A stretch of 64,000 bases of DNA, from contig JBEPYN010000002.1 of NCBI GenBank assembly GCA_041641305.1, positions 576,001 through 640,000 on the forward strand, written 5' to 3'. The position numbers and the translations under genes were made by a program. The notes beneath the pieces are model-generated. The model saw only the letters and a program-made list of their open reading frames with translations, did no database searches and was not told the DNA's origin. Below, in pieces: positions 45,993-56,141 of this stretch. How positions within the stretch are numbered: the stretch's first letter is position 1; every line of letters begins with the position of its first letter. The stretch comes from Nitrososphaerota archaeon (GTDB taxonomy: Archaea; Thermoproteota; Nitrososphaeria_A; Caldarchaeales; Caldarchaeaceae).

Positions 45993-48900
45993 ATGACCAC
46001 GCCATCGCTTTCCAAGAGATACGACCCGTTGGCGGTTGAGAAAAGTGTTTCAGAGCTTTGGAAAAAGCTGAACATAGTGGGTAAAGTTCTCGAGGCTAAC
46101 AGTGATGGGCCTCTTTTCTCTTTTCTAGAGGGGCCGCCGACCGTCAACGGATACATGCACATAGGCCACACAAGAGGCCGCGTCTACAAGGACATCGTCC
46201 TCCGATACAAAACCATGAGGGGCTACAATGTCTGGCGACGAGGTGGATGGGACTGCCAGGGGCTGCCCACCGAGATAGAGGTGGAGAAAAGGCTCGGCAT
46301 ATCCAGCAAAAGAGACATCGAGAAAATAGGTCTCGAGAGGTTTGTTGAAGAGGCCAACAAAGTGGTTAACCACTACCTCAGCCACTGGAGAAGGGCGAGC
46401 GAGAGACTGGGGCTTTGGCTGGACTATGATAGAGCATATGAGACCCGGCGGGATGAATACATGGAGCATGTGTGGCATCTGTTGAAGAAAGCTCATGAAG
46501 AAGGGGATCTTGTGGAGAGCCTAAGGGTTGTACCTACTTGTCCACACTGCGAAACAGCGCTGTCGCAGCATGAGATGGCGCAGGGATACGAGGAGGTCTC
46601 CGACCCATCCATATACGTTAAAATGCCTCTCGACGAAGGAGGCTCTGTAATAATCTGGACAACCACTCCGTGGACGCTGCCGGGCAACGAAGCAGTGGCC
46701 GTAAAACCCGACGCCACATACCTTGAGCTCGAAGTTGGGGAAGAAAGATGGTATGTAGCGGAAAACCTTCTACAAGCCTTCACCGAGGCAACCCAGACAA
46801 AAAACGTGAAGATTATTCGAAGGGTTTCCGGTAGCTCGCTTGTCGGAAAAACATACCGCCACCCGCTTCTGGACAAAGTATCAGCTCATAGAGACCACAG
46901 ACACGTGATAGTGGCCTCCGAACACGTATCTCTCGAGGAGGGCACAGGATTTGTGCACATCGCCCCGGGCCACGGACCCGAGGACTATGAAATAGGTGTT
47001 AAAAACGGGTTAAACATCTTTTGCCCAGTCACAACATCTGGAGTATTCACATCCGAGGCCGGCGAGTACGCCGGGCTTTCGGTCTGGGAGGGCTCTGAGA
47101 AAATCATTCAAGATTTGGATGAGAAAAATCTGCTGGTGAAGCGGACTGAGATTGTTCACAGCTATCCGCACTGCTGGAGATGCGGAAGCAAGCTAATCTA
47201 CCTAGCGAGCGTGCAGTGGTTTCTCCGGGTCGACCGTATAAAGCAGCGCATGGTTGAGGAGAACAGGTCTGTGAAATGGTGGCCTGAATGGGCTGGTTCA
47301 AACCGTTTCGGCGACTGGCTTTTGAATGCCCAGGACTGGTGCATAAGCCGCAGCAAAATATGGGGTACACCGCTGAATGTTTGGAGATGCGAGTCATGCG
47401 GCGAGAAACGTGTCGTGGGCTCGCGGGCTGAGCTTGAGGAAGCTGTCGAAAAACCACCTGTCAAACGGCTTCACAGGCCTTGGGTGGATCAATATGTCTT
47501 CAAATGCGGCAAATGCGGAGGAATGATGAAACGTGTTCCCTTTGTCCTCGACACTTGGATTGACTCGGGCGTAGCCTTCTACGCAAGCATCGACGCTCTC
47601 CGTAACACCGAGTTGTTCAAAAAACTTTTCCCATATGATTTCATCACCGAGGCCATAGACCAAACCAGAGGATGGTTCTACACTCTCTTGTTCACATCCA
47701 CCCTCCTTACAGGAAAAGCCCCGTTCAAATCTGTGCTCAACCAAGGTCATGTTCTTGACGAGTTCGGCAAGAAAATGTCCAAGTCCCGTGGCAACGTCAT
47801 ATGGGCTGAAGACGCCTTCAACACCTATGGAGTAGACCCTCTGAGAATCTATCTCGTGAGCAAGGCTGAGCCTTGGAGCACAATAAACTTCGTCCCATCA
47901 GAGGTGAGCGAAACAGCCGAGGACCTGAACATACTGTGGAACATTTTCGCCTTCACCTCAACATACCAGCAGCTCGATAAATTCGACCCACAGAAACACA
48001 AGTTGACCAGCTACCTGCATCTCCTAAGGCCCGAAGACAGGTGGATACTGTCACGGGTTAACGACCTCGTCGCCAAAGTCACAAACTATCTAGAGGAAAT
48101 GGAGATACACAGAGCCGTGAGAGAGATCATGGCCTTCATCGTCGACGACCTCAGCAGAACATATCTCCGGTCTGTGAGGAGGCTCGCATGGACCGAGGCC
48201 GAGACGCCGGAGAAGATGGCTGCCTACGCCTGTCTCGACTACGTGTTGAGAAAGACTCTATTACTTCTAGCCCCATTCGCCCCCTACACCGCCGATATCC
48301 TCTACCAGCTTCAGAAAACCGATGCCGACAAGGAGAGCATACACCTCGAGAAATGGCCCAAGGTGGACACAGAGTTCTACTCGCCGAAAATCATAGAGCA
48401 GATGAATATTGTCAAAGAGGTTTTGACAGCGGTTCTGGCGGCGCGGCAGAAAGGTGGTCGAAAGCTCCGTTCACCTGTCGCACGCGTAGTGGTTGCTGCA
48501 AAGACGGAGGATTGCTTGGAGGCGCTGGAGGAGTTTCACTCGTTTGTCAAGGAGACCGTAAACACAGAGGTTTTAGAGGTTTTGCCTCCCGGGAAAGAGT
48601 TTACCGAGCTCGAGTGGATCGTAGAGGCAGACCTATCTCGTCTTGGGCCCTTGCTGGGTAAAAAACTTCCTGAACTACTCGCATACCTCAAACAAGCAGA
48701 CGGTGCAGCATTAAAACAAGAACTCGATATTGAAAAAGGCCTTCGTATCAAATTCTCGGACATGGAGAGGTTTCTGCCCGCCGAGCTCTTCAAAGTCCAG
48801 GCCAAAACATCATCCAGCTACTCAAGCGTCGACACTTCTGTGGCCACTGTATATGTTGATTTGAGGGTGTCGCGGGAGCTGGAGGCGGTGTCTGCGGCCC

Positions 48901-49184
48901 GTGAACTCATACGCCGCATCCAAGTCATGAGGAAGGAAGCCAACCTCGACATCTTGGAGAAAATAGAATGCATGGTTCAGCTTGACGACCAAGCTTTCAG
49001 AGACCTGTTGACCGAGAAGAAGAACTATATCGAGACAGAAACCCGTTCAACAATAGTTTTCACAGACACGGGTACATCCATTCCCAAAGGATTTATCACG
49101 AGGTCATGGGATGTTGACGGTGTAAACGTGATAATAGGGTTTAGACGATTGGCCGATAACGTTTATAATATGCCGGCCAGGTGA
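45993..49184 (+). CDS. ileS: Isoleucyl-tRNA synthetase
   Basis: EGPPT.NG..HIGH, GWDCQGLP.E, WTTTPWTLP.N, GTG.VH.APGHG, DQTRGWF, KMSKS. Confidence 0.97.
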   Translation: MTTPSLSKRYDPLAVEKSVSELWKKLNIVGKVLEANSDGPLFSFLEGPPTVNGYMHIGHTRGRVYKDIVLRYKTMRGYNVWRRGGWDCQGLPTEIEVEKRLGISSKRDIEKIGLERFVEEANKVVNHYLSHWRRASERLGLWLDYDRAYETRRDEYMEHVWHLLKKAHEEGDLVESLRVVPTCPHCETALSQHEMAQGYEEVSDPSIYVKMPLDEGGSVIIWTTTPWTLPGNEAVAVKPDATYLELEVGEERWYVAENLLQAFTEATQTKNVKIIRRVSGSSLVGKTYRHPLLDKVSAHRDHRHVIVASEHVSLEEGTGFVHIAPGHGPEDYEIGVKNGLNIFCPVTTSGVFTSEAGEYAGLSVWEGSEKIIQDLDEKNLLVKRTEIVHSYPHCWRCGSKLIYLASVQWFLRVDRIKQRMVEENRSVKWWPEWAGSNRFGDWLLNAQDWCISRSKIWGTPLNVWRCESCGEKRVVGSRAELEEAVEKPPVKRLHRPWVDQYVFKCGKCGGMMKRVPFVLDTWIDSGVAFYASIDALRNTELFKKLFPYDFITEAIDQTRGWFYTLLFTSTLLTGKAPFKSVLNQGHVLDEFGKKMSKSRGNVIWAEDAFNTYGVDPLRIYLVSKAEPWSTINFVPSEVSETAEDLNILWNIFAFTSTYQQLDKFDPQKHKLTSYLHLLRPEDRWILSRVNDLVAKVTNYLEEMEIHRAVREIMAFIVDDLSRTYLRSVRRLAWTEAETPEKMAAYACLDYVLRKTLLLLAPFAPYTADILYQLQKTDADKESIHLEKWPKVDTEFYSPKIIEQMNIVKEVLTAVLAARQKGGRKLRSPVARVVVAAKTEDCLEALEEFHSFVKETVNTEVLEVLPPGKEFTELEWIVEADLSRLGPLLGKKLPELLAYLKQADGAALKQELDIEKGLRIKFSDMERFLPAELFKVQAKTSSSYSSVDTSVATVYVDLRVSRELEAVSAARELIRRIQVMRKEANLDILEKIECMVQLDDQAFRDLLTEKKNYIETETRSTIVFTDTGTSIPKGFITRSWDVDGVNVIIGFRRLADNVYNMPAR

Positions 49185-49191
49185 TGACGCG

Positions 49192-49854
49192 ATGGTCAAT
49201 CCGAGACTCGGCATCATATTGGGTGCGGCGGGCGTAGCGATAGTTCTCCTCCCATTACTTGTCCTTTTCGTCACAGGCGGATATGATTCACCTATTCAAA
49301 GGTTCTATGACGCGCCCCTGGCGCCGGGTCTGCCTATGGGGATTTTGGTGTCTGCTGCGGGAGCAGCACTAACAGCCGTCGGGTTACTTTTATTCATAAA
49401 AGGTATGAGAGAGGGCCCCGCGTACCCTGCGGCGACACCAGCCATACGTAGACCCTTTTCTCGACACCGTGAGGAAAACAGAGAACTCGAGCAGATAGAG
49501 CGGGAGATTTCAAACCTGATTGACAGCCAGCCCGCGATGGAGATTAGAACGGTTCAACGTCCTCCGCCTAAACGGGCCCCGGTCAGGCAAAAACCCGCGG
49601 CAGTTGAGGCGAAGCAAAAGGAGGAGGGTATTGTCGTGGTGACGAGAGGTGTTGACATGGTTTGTCAATCCTGTGGAGCTGTTAACCCGCTTGGCTCAAG
49701 GGTGTGCGCATCATGCGGCGGCCAGCTCTATCAGCCCGATGAAAAAGCCCAGCCCTGCCCCGTATGCGGTGCACCACTCGATGAAACATACAAGATAGGG
49801 GAAAACCTAGTCTGCAAAATTTGTTTCAGCGAACTCAAACTAAACGCAAGTTAA
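49192..49854 (+). CDS. Membrane-anchored zinc-ribbon protein (hypothetical)
   Basis: Two N-terminal TM helices, Pro/charged linker, four CxxC (CQSC, CASC, CPVC, CKIC). Confidence 0.7.
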   Translation: MVNPRLGIILGAAGVAIVLLPLLVLFVTGGYDSPIQRFYDAPLAPGLPMGILVSAAGAALTAVGLLLFIKGMREGPAYPAATPAIRRPFSRHREENRELEQIEREISNLIDSQPAMEIRTVQRPPPKRAPVRQKPAAVEAKQKEEGIVVVTRGVDMVCQSCGAVNPLGSRVCASCGGQLYQPDEKAQPCPVCGAPLDETYKIGENLVCKICFSELKLNAS

Positions 49855-49896
49855 AATATGTCTAATGAGATTGTTTAGTTAACCGGTGTTTGGTTC

Positions 49897-50127
49897 TTGG
49901 AAGCCATTAAACCTCTGACGACCTTGATGCGGCAAGTCAACAAACCTGTCAAGGTTTTCCTAAAAAACGATGCACGTTATGAGGGGACTATGGTCGAGTG
50001 CGACGGCTACATGAACATGCTTCTCGAACACGTTGTCGAGTATGTGGGCGACAGCAAAACCGCGGGCTACCCCAAAGTCCTGATAAGAGGAAACAATATC
50101 ATGTACATCGTTTTCACCGAAAAGTAA
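49897..50127 (+). CDS. Sm-like archaeal protein (Lsm/SmAP)
   Basis: V.V.LKN...Y.G....D.YMN..L, LIRGNNI; directly upstream of MAT, a known SmAP2 context. Confidence 0.92.
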   Translation: MEAIKPLTTLMRQVNKPVKVFLKNDARYEGTMVECDGYMNMLLEHVVEYVGDSKTAGYPKVLIRGNNIMYIVFTEK

Positions 50128-50186
50128 CACTGTATAAAGGGTTTAGACCTTAATATTGAGGCTTTTTTAGGAGAAACGAGACAGCG

Positions 50187-51416
50187 ATGAAGCAGTCTTT
50201 CGTAACAGTCGAGCCGCTGGATCGAACTCCTGTCGAAAAGCAGGAGATTGAGATGGTTGAGCGCAAAGGATTGGGCCACCCCGACTACATCATAGACAGC
50301 GCTTGCGAAGAGGCGTCTCTGCTGCTTTCGCAGTTTTATCAGGCAAAGTATGGGCAGATTCTTCACCACAACCTTGACAAGGGTCTGCTCATCGGCGGGA
50401 GGGCGTATAACAGGTTCGGCTACGGCAGGCTTGAGGAGCCGATAACCATCATCATAGCGGGCCGGGCCTCGACATCTGTAAAAACTCCGACGGGCGAGGA
50501 GAAAATACCCTACAGAGAAATAATCACGGATGCTGTCAGGTCGATGATTAAGAGGAATTTCCGGTTTCTCGACTTTGACCAGCATGTAGAGCTTGAAATT
50601 CGTGTGAGAGAGAGCAGCCCTGACCTAAAGGCTGTGGTGGAGATGGGTAAGGATATGCCTCTAGCAAACGACACATCTTACGGTGTGGCGTTTTACCCAT
50701 TTACACCGCTGGAGAACCTTGTCCTCACAACTGAGAGACACCTTAACTCGCCTCAGTTCAAGTCAAAGGTGAGGGAAAGCGGTGAGGATGTCAAGGTTAT
50801 GGGGCTGAGAAAGGGCTCGAAAATAACTCTGACGGTCGCAGACGGCATCGTAAGCACCTTGACCAAGGATAGAGACCACTACATTTCGGTCAAGGAGCAG
50901 ATAAAACAGGAGGTTGAAAATCTGGCGTCCAAGCTGGCGGGCGACCATGACGTCGAAGTTTATGTGAACACCGCTGACAAATATGGGACAAACATCGGCA
51001 ACGAGGTTTTCTACCTCACCTTCACAGGCACTTCTGCGGAGCACGGGGACGACGGCAACACTGGCCGCGGCAACAGGGCAAACGGACTCATTACACCTAA
51101 CAGGCAGATGTCGCTAGAGGCCACCGCTGGGAAAAACCCCATAAGCCATGTCGGAAAAATATACAACGTCTGCGCAGGACTTATCGCCCGCCGCATATAC
51201 GAGGAGACCAAACGAGTTAAGGAGGTTTATGTCAGAATGCTCAGCCAAATAGGGAGGCCGATCAACGAGCCGCTATCAGTGTCTGTGCAAGCCATTCCCG
51301 AGGACAAGATGGACATCGGCTTGGTGAGAGATATCGAGAGCATTGTCTACGACGAGGTCGCAGACATCAGACGCGTCACCGAGTTGATTATCTCGCGGCA
51401 GGTGTCGGTCTTCTAA
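50187..51416 (+). CDS. mat: Archaeal S-adenosylmethionine synthetase
   Basis: VERKGLGHPD, HHNLDK, ANDTS.G, GEDVKVM, TGTSAE.GD.G..GRGNR, AGKNP..HVGK.YN. Confidence 0.96.
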   Translation: MKQSFVTVEPLDRTPVEKQEIEMVERKGLGHPDYIIDSACEEASLLLSQFYQAKYGQILHHNLDKGLLIGGRAYNRFGYGRLEEPITIIIAGRASTSVKTPTGEEKIPYREIITDAVRSMIKRNFRFLDFDQHVELEIRVRESSPDLKAVVEMGKDMPLANDTSYGVAFYPFTPLENLVLTTERHLNSPQFKSKVRESGEDVKVMGLRKGSKITLTVADGIVSTLTKDRDHYISVKEQIKQEVENLASKLAGDHDVEVYVNTADKYGTNIGNEVFYLTFTGTSAEHGDDGNTGRGNRANGLITPNRQMSLEATAGKNPISHVGKIYNVCAGLIARRIYEETKRVKEVYVRMLSQIGRPINEPLSVSVQAIPEDKMDIGLVRDIESIVYDEVADIRRVTELIISRQVSVF

Positions 51417-52135
51417 AAATGTGCATCGAGTCCTTTTTGTTTTCTCAAAATCTCCATACATGTTCGAGGCGTTAGGCACCTGTATTCGAGGTTCATGGTT
51501 TTCATCAGGCTTAGGGCGCGTTTAGTTGCTGAGGGAGCTGCTATTATCCCCCGGGGTCTTCTGCCCAGCTCTTCCTCTAAGCTTTCGAGATAACGTGCCA
51601 GCTGCTTGATGTCCTCCGGTGTGGCTGATCGCCTTTTCAACTCGACCACCGTGAATACCCCGTTTTTGTCCACGCCGAAGACATCGACTTTGCCGGCTCT
51701 CCCGGCGGCCCTCTCCTTAGCCACTGGCCTGAACCCTTCTTCAACAAGCTCGGGCCTCAGTAGAACCGCCTTCTTCATCTCGGCCTCTGAAGCATACATA
51801 ACCATCTCAGCCTCATCCACCAGCTGGTAAACACTGACCTCAGGCTCCCCATGAAACCTAATCTTCAGCACTTCGTTGGCTCGCGCAGCCCTTAGAACCA
51901 CCTCGTCATCCTCTGTGTATAGCTCGATTTTTGAGCCGCTTGGCTGCCAGTTAACAGGCTCATATCCCGAGGGCCTGTGGACCAGCACGCTTCCGTCACG
52001 CTTTATTATGATAAGCCTCTCGCCTTCACCCAGCTCCGACGAAGCACGTCCCACATATGAGATACTGCATCTCCCCGCTATCACAGCAACATGGCCCGCG
52101 GCTATTGCCTGCCGTATCTTCTCGGCCCACTTCAT
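51413..52135 (-). CDS. nucS: Endonuclease NucS/EndoMS
   Basis: C...Y.GRA.S.L..G.R...K.DGS.LVH...YEPVNWQP, VD....D, VELKR, QL.RY. Confidence 0.94.
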   Translation of the reverse strand: MKWAEKIRQAIAAGHVAVIAGRCSISYVGRASSELGEGERLIIIKRDGSVLVHRPSGYEPVNWQPSGSKIELYTEDDEVVLRAARANEVLKIRFHGEPEVSVYQLVDEAEMVMYASEAEMKKAVLLRPELVEEGFRPVAKERAAGRAGKVDVFGVDKNGVFTVVELKRRSATPEDIKQLARYLESLEEELGRRPRGIIAAPSATKRALSLMKTMNLEYRCLTPRTCMEILRKQKGLDAHF

Positions 52136-52139
52136 CGGC

Positions 52140-53489
52140 CTACCTTGGGAGGTTTAGCAGCTCGAGTATATGTATGTGGGTGTCTGATTTGACGGGGAAG
52201 TAGATGAAGAACCAGATGATCTGGAGAGCTGCTATCCCGTATAAAACGTATCTCGAGAACTTGTCATCCTTCAGCATCACGGAGAGGCCGAGGGCTACTG
52301 CTGGAAGCGTTGGTAGGAAGTAGAAGGTGTAGACCCATCGCTGGAGGAGATGTGCAACGATGAAGTATGGTAGGTAGCTCATCGCCGTCCATGAAAAGAC
52401 GAAGAGCTGCACACTGTCCTCGAACCTTGTTTTCAACACCATGTAGAGCGAGTAAATTAGCACGAGAGCAGTCGTCCACCAGTAGGGGCTGTAAATGCCA
52501 TAGTATGCAATCGGGTGCCAAACCCTTTCACCGGCAGAAACTGCCACAACCATGTAGGGGGCGGCGGCGAAGGGTGATATGGGTGTTATCCAGCTTAGCG
52601 GGAGGTCGACGACAGTTGTGCTGCCGTCTTGGTTGTGTACCGTGCAGCGGAGCGGGAGCTCGAATTCTGCGCAGTTGTATTTGAGCTGGGAGTGGTAGTT
52701 GAGCATGTAGTCGAGGTGTGCGAATGGGCTGCTATAAGCTCCGTAGCCGAGATCATAGACGGTCAGCCCCGCCATGAACACAGCCAACCCAATTAGAACA
52801 GTCTTCTCAAATACCGGTGACCAGTTTTGGATGCTGTCCAAGATTTTCCTATGTCTGCTGTAGGCTGCTAAGAGGCTGAAGAGGAGTAGGCCGCCGACGT
52901 TAAAGACTATGGAGGTCTTTGACAGCAGCGCCAGCCCGAAGACCATGGCTGCGTAGGTGTAGCGGCCTTGTAGAAACAGGTACGTTGCTAGGAAGAGGAA
53001 GAAGAATGCGGGGCCGTCGAGCATGGCGATTGTTCCTATGTTGAAGAACATCACATCGGTGGCTATGAGAAAAGTTGTGAAGAATGTGGCGAATCTGCTG
53101 CGGGTCAGGCGGTGTGCTATGAGAGGTATGAGTGCCACGGCGGCTGAGGAGAGGAGGGAGGGCATTAGTCGCCAGCCGAGGGGGTTGTCGCCGAAAACCA
53201 GCATAGACGCTGCTATCAACAGCTTCGAGAGAGGCGGATGCTCATGGTTCACCGACTCGCCCTGCAACAATTTCCTAACAGCAGGAATGTAGTGTGCCTC
53301 ATCGAATACGAGGCCACCTTCCACCCGTGTCTCTCCATCAATAACTTTGATCTCTGGAGATGGTGAGTTGATAATCATAAGCCTTAGGCCCAGCAAGATG
53401 ATGAAGACAGCTATTGCGAGTTTTTGATCATACCTAAGCCTCTTTACAAACGTGGGGAGAAGGTTCTGAAGCTTCAGCACGGTGTTCAC
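52140..53489 (-). CDS. GT39/PMT-like dolichol-phosphate-sugar-dependent glycosyltransferase
   Basis: FDEAHY, NHEHPPL.K, GWR, AMLD, SK; multi-TM. Confidence 0.82.
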   Translation of the reverse strand: MNTVLKLQNLLPTFVKRLRYDQKLAIAVFIILLGLRLMIINSPSPEIKVIDGETRVEGGLVFDEAHYIPAVRKLLQGESVNHEHPPLSKLLIAASMLVFGDNPLGWRLMPSLLSSAAVALIPLIAHRLTRSRFATFFTTFLIATDVMFFNIGTIAMLDGPAFFFLFLATYLFLQGRYTYAAMVFGLALLSKTSIVFNVGGLLLFSLLAAYSRHRKILDSIQNWSPVFEKTVLIGLAVFMAGLTVYDLGYGAYSSPFAHLDYMLNYHSQLKYNCAEFELPLRCTVHNQDGSTTVVDLPLSWITPISPFAAAPYMVVAVSAGERVWHPIAYYGIYSPYWWTTALVLIYSLYMVLKTRFEDSVQLFVFSWTAMSYLPYFIVAHLLQRWVYTFYFLPTLPAVALGLSVMLKDDKFSRYVLYGIAALQIIWFFIYFPVKSDTHIHILELLNLPR

Positions 53490-54985
53490 CTGTCCTTGAC
53501 CATGTAGGGGCCTTCGAGACGGTATCCTAGCCTTGCATAGTATCCTCTTACACCAGCTCCGCTGATTACTGCCACTCTGCCGAGGCCATGCTCCTCGTAG
53601 ATTATGCGCTCGGCCTCCTGCATCAGCTGTTTGCCTACTCCTCTGTGCTGGGAGGTTGTGTCATCAGCCGGTGTTCCAACGGCTTTCATCGAGCCGTATA
53701 CATGAAGCTCCCTAACCAACCCAGCTTCCTCGAGCTCTGGCCTCATGGTCCTCAGAGGTATGCGCACCCTCACAAACCCGAGAAGGGCATCAGCTTCCTC
53801 ATCCTCAACAGAGACAAAATACTCTAACCCGCCGGAGGCACGGTAAACCAACCTCTTCAAAACACTTCTCCTAATATCCACGGGCGCGTTCCTGTGTCCA
53901 TGTTCTCTGCAGCGGATACATCGGCACATGCCGTTTAGCTCTTTCTCCACGACTTGGCGGAGGTTCGGAATGTGGAGGCCGTCGAGAACCATTTTGAGCG
54001 GGATCTCCCGCTGTATCCTCGCTATCCTCACGTAGGGCGGCACACGTTTCATGAACTCTCGCAGGACATAGACAAGCTCCTCGTCGGAGTAGGGCTTGTA
54101 GAGGCCATGCCGCCACATCGTCTCCAGCCCTGTGTTGGGGAGTACGAGCGTCGGATAGATTTTCAACTGGTCTGGTCTAAACCGGTCGTCGTCGAATAGT
54201 GTGGTGAACATGTTGAGGTCTTTTTGGGGCGAGGAGCCGGGAAGGTTGGGCATTATGTGGTAACATACCTTGAAAGCCGTGTCCTTGAGGTCGGCGGTCG
54301 CCTCAACCACGTCATCAACATTATGGCCTCTGTTCAGCGTTAATAGAATTTTGTCGTCGAGGGCTTGGACACCTATCTCAACCCGTGTAACACCATATTC
54401 AACCAATTTCACAACCGTATCTCTCTTCGCCCAGTCAGGCTTCGTCTCAACAGTTATTCCCGAAACATGTGTCGCGGATGATGAGTTGATGCGCAGCGCC
54501 TCCTCGAGGCTGTTGCTCTGTACACCGTTCAAGACGTCAACACACTCTTTTATTATCCACTGCTGAAAATCTGGAGGACTTGCTGTAAATGTGCCGCCTA
54601 TTATAATCAACTCAACTTTGTCCACCTCGTGTCCCATTTGTCTAAGCCTGTTGACCGCTGCTTCAACCTGTTTCCGCGGATTGTAGCTCAGCTGAGCCGC
54701 GGTCTTAACAGCTGCTTCCTCGCCTGTGTAGCTCTGAGGTGTTCCCAGAGGTGCTCCGCCTGGGCAGTAAATGCATTTACCATGGGGACATGTGTAGAGC
54801 GGTGCAACAACAGTTATGACAGATACGCCGCTGAGTGTTTTGACGGGTTTGCGTGTAATGTTTGTTTTGAGCAGCTTGGCCAAGTCATCGTCTGATGGAT
54901 ACTTCTCCAGCTTGAGACTGAGGGCTAGCTGTTTTTTGAGTTGCTCTACTTCACGCCGTGTAAGTTGTGTCGCGTGGGCTGTCAA
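53486..54985 (-). CDS. elp3: Elp3 tRNA uridine(34) acetyltransferase (radical SAM + KAT)
   Basis: CPHGKCIYCPG, PQSYTG.E, GGTF, ETKPD, KIYPTL, VRELHVYG, QHRG.G, GVR.YY..LGY. Confidence 0.95.
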   Translation of the reverse strand: MTAHATQLTRREVEQLKKQLALSLKLEKYPSDDDLAKLLKTNITRKPVKTLSGVSVITVVAPLYTCPHGKCIYCPGGAPLGTPQSYTGEEAAVKTAAQLSYNPRKQVEAAVNRLRQMGHEVDKVELIIIGGTFTASPPDFQQWIIKECVDVLNGVQSNSLEEALRINSSSATHVSGITVETKPDWAKRDTVVKLVEYGVTRVEIGVQALDDKILLTLNRGHNVDDVVEATADLKDTAFKVCYHIMPNLPGSSPQKDLNMFTTLFDDDRFRPDQLKIYPTLVLPNTGLETMWRHGLYKPYSDEELVYVLREFMKRVPPYVRIARIQREIPLKMVLDGLHIPNLRQVVEKELNGMCRCIRCREHGHRNAPVDIRRSVLKRLVYRASGGLEYFVSVEDEEADALLGFVRVRIPLRTMRPELEEAGLVRELHVYGSMKAVGTPADDTTSQHRGVGKQLMQEAERIIYEEHGLGRVAVISGAGVRGYYARLGYRLEGPYMVKDR

Positions 54986-54988
54986 GGT

Positions 54989-55894
54989 TTAGAGCCGCCT
55001 CTTGACTGTCCGACAGATTGAGGCGATGCTTTTAAGGGCTTTCACATATCGCGGCCCGAGAGGCCCCGCGAAAACAACTTCGTCATAACCGATGTCAACC
55101 ACTTCATGAACAAAGTCTCGGAGCTTCTCCGGCTTGCCCCAGACGCTGAAAAAGTCAACCCACTCTCTCCGTGCAACTTGGTAAAGCCTATCCCATCTCC
55201 TGCTCTGCACCAGCTCCTCAACCTCCTTTCGATGAACCTCGTCCACACCTATTCGACTCAAGTAGCTCGGCGACGAACCTGTCATCAAGTAGGCTGCGTA
55301 TGGTACGGCGGTTTTCCACGCCTTCTCAGCATCCTCGTGAACAGATGTCATCAAGTAGGCTGCGCGAGTAAACCCTTTTGGCACGTCATCGCCCAGCAAA
55401 CGTGCAGATTCTTTCAACATCTCAAGGTTAGACCAGTTAACAAGAACACCGTCAGCCTTTGTGGATGCCTTAACCATGCGTGGTCCCTGAGCCCCCACAT
55501 AGACCTTGACATCCGAGACCCGGTAGGTCTCGAGCCTCTCAAAGTATTTCCGCATCTCCGCGACAGCCCACAAAACCTTCTCGACAGGCTTCTCCCTTAC
55601 GTAGCCGAGCTGTTTCAGAACGGATGCATCACCAGCACCGACAGCCATCCTCACCCTATGGGGCGCGAGCTCCCACAATGTGGCAGCAGCCTGAGCCATC
55701 TGAGCCGGATGAAACACATAGGGGTTGACAACCGCTGGGCCGAGCAGGACCCGACGAGTGTAGCGGGCTATGACAGAAAGAGTGATGATGCTGCTTCTGT
55801 TGAAAAAATGATCGCTCACCCACAAGCCGTCAAACCCATGCTTCTCAACCATGACAGCTGCCATCGCAAGCTTCCACAAAGGGTCCTTCGGCAC
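54989..55894 (-). CDS. LLM-class F420-dependent oxidoreductase, Mer-like
   Basis: GFD..W.SDH..NR, T..V.LGP.V.NPY..HPA, G.GD, GAQGP.M, GP.GP; the true start may lie about 27 nt upstream. Confidence 0.85.
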   Translation of the reverse strand: MPKDPLWKLAMAAVMVEKHGFDGLWVSDHFFNRSSIITLSVIARYTRRVLLGPAVVNPYVFHPAQMAQAAATLWELAPHRVRMAVGAGDASVLKQLGYVREKPVEKVLWAVAEMRKYFERLETYRVSDVKVYVGAQGPRMVKASTKADGVLVNWSNLEMLKESARLLGDDVPKGFTRAAYLMTSVHEDAEKAWKTAVPYAAYLMTGSSPSYLSRIGVDEVHRKEVEELVQSRRWDRLYQVARREWVDFFSVWGKPEKLRDFVHEVVDIGYDEVVFAGPLGPRYVKALKSIASICRTVKRRL

Positions 55895-55917
55895 AACCTC
55901 GACAGAGAACCTGGGTT

Positions 55918-56130
55918 TCAGCGAAACTCACCTCGCAGGGCCAGTCGCGTCTTCTCAGGTTCACAGATACGACAGGCCTTAACAAAAATCTGGAAACCCT
56001 GTTCACTGGACAATTGATGATTAACAAAATATTCAAACACACGCCACCCGAGTTCAGGGGGGACAAGGTTGCTGTTGACACTCGACATCAACACCTCGAG
56101 AAGCTGCTCAGTAATCCTCCTTCTACTCAT
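55918..56130 (-). CDS. Small hypothetical protein (70 aa)
   Basis: Fills the gap between two co-oriented genes with tight junctions; contains CxxC. Confidence 0.55.
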   Translation of the reverse strand: MSRRRITEQLLEVLMSSVNSNLVPPELGWRVFEYFVNHQLSSEQGFQIFVKACRICEPEKTRLALRGEFR

Positions 56131-56141
56131 TCCAGCTATTC

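Noticed and set aside
55106-56017. 303-aa plus-strand ORF
   Set aside because: Antisense shadow of the Mer-like gene; no motifs and atypical composition.
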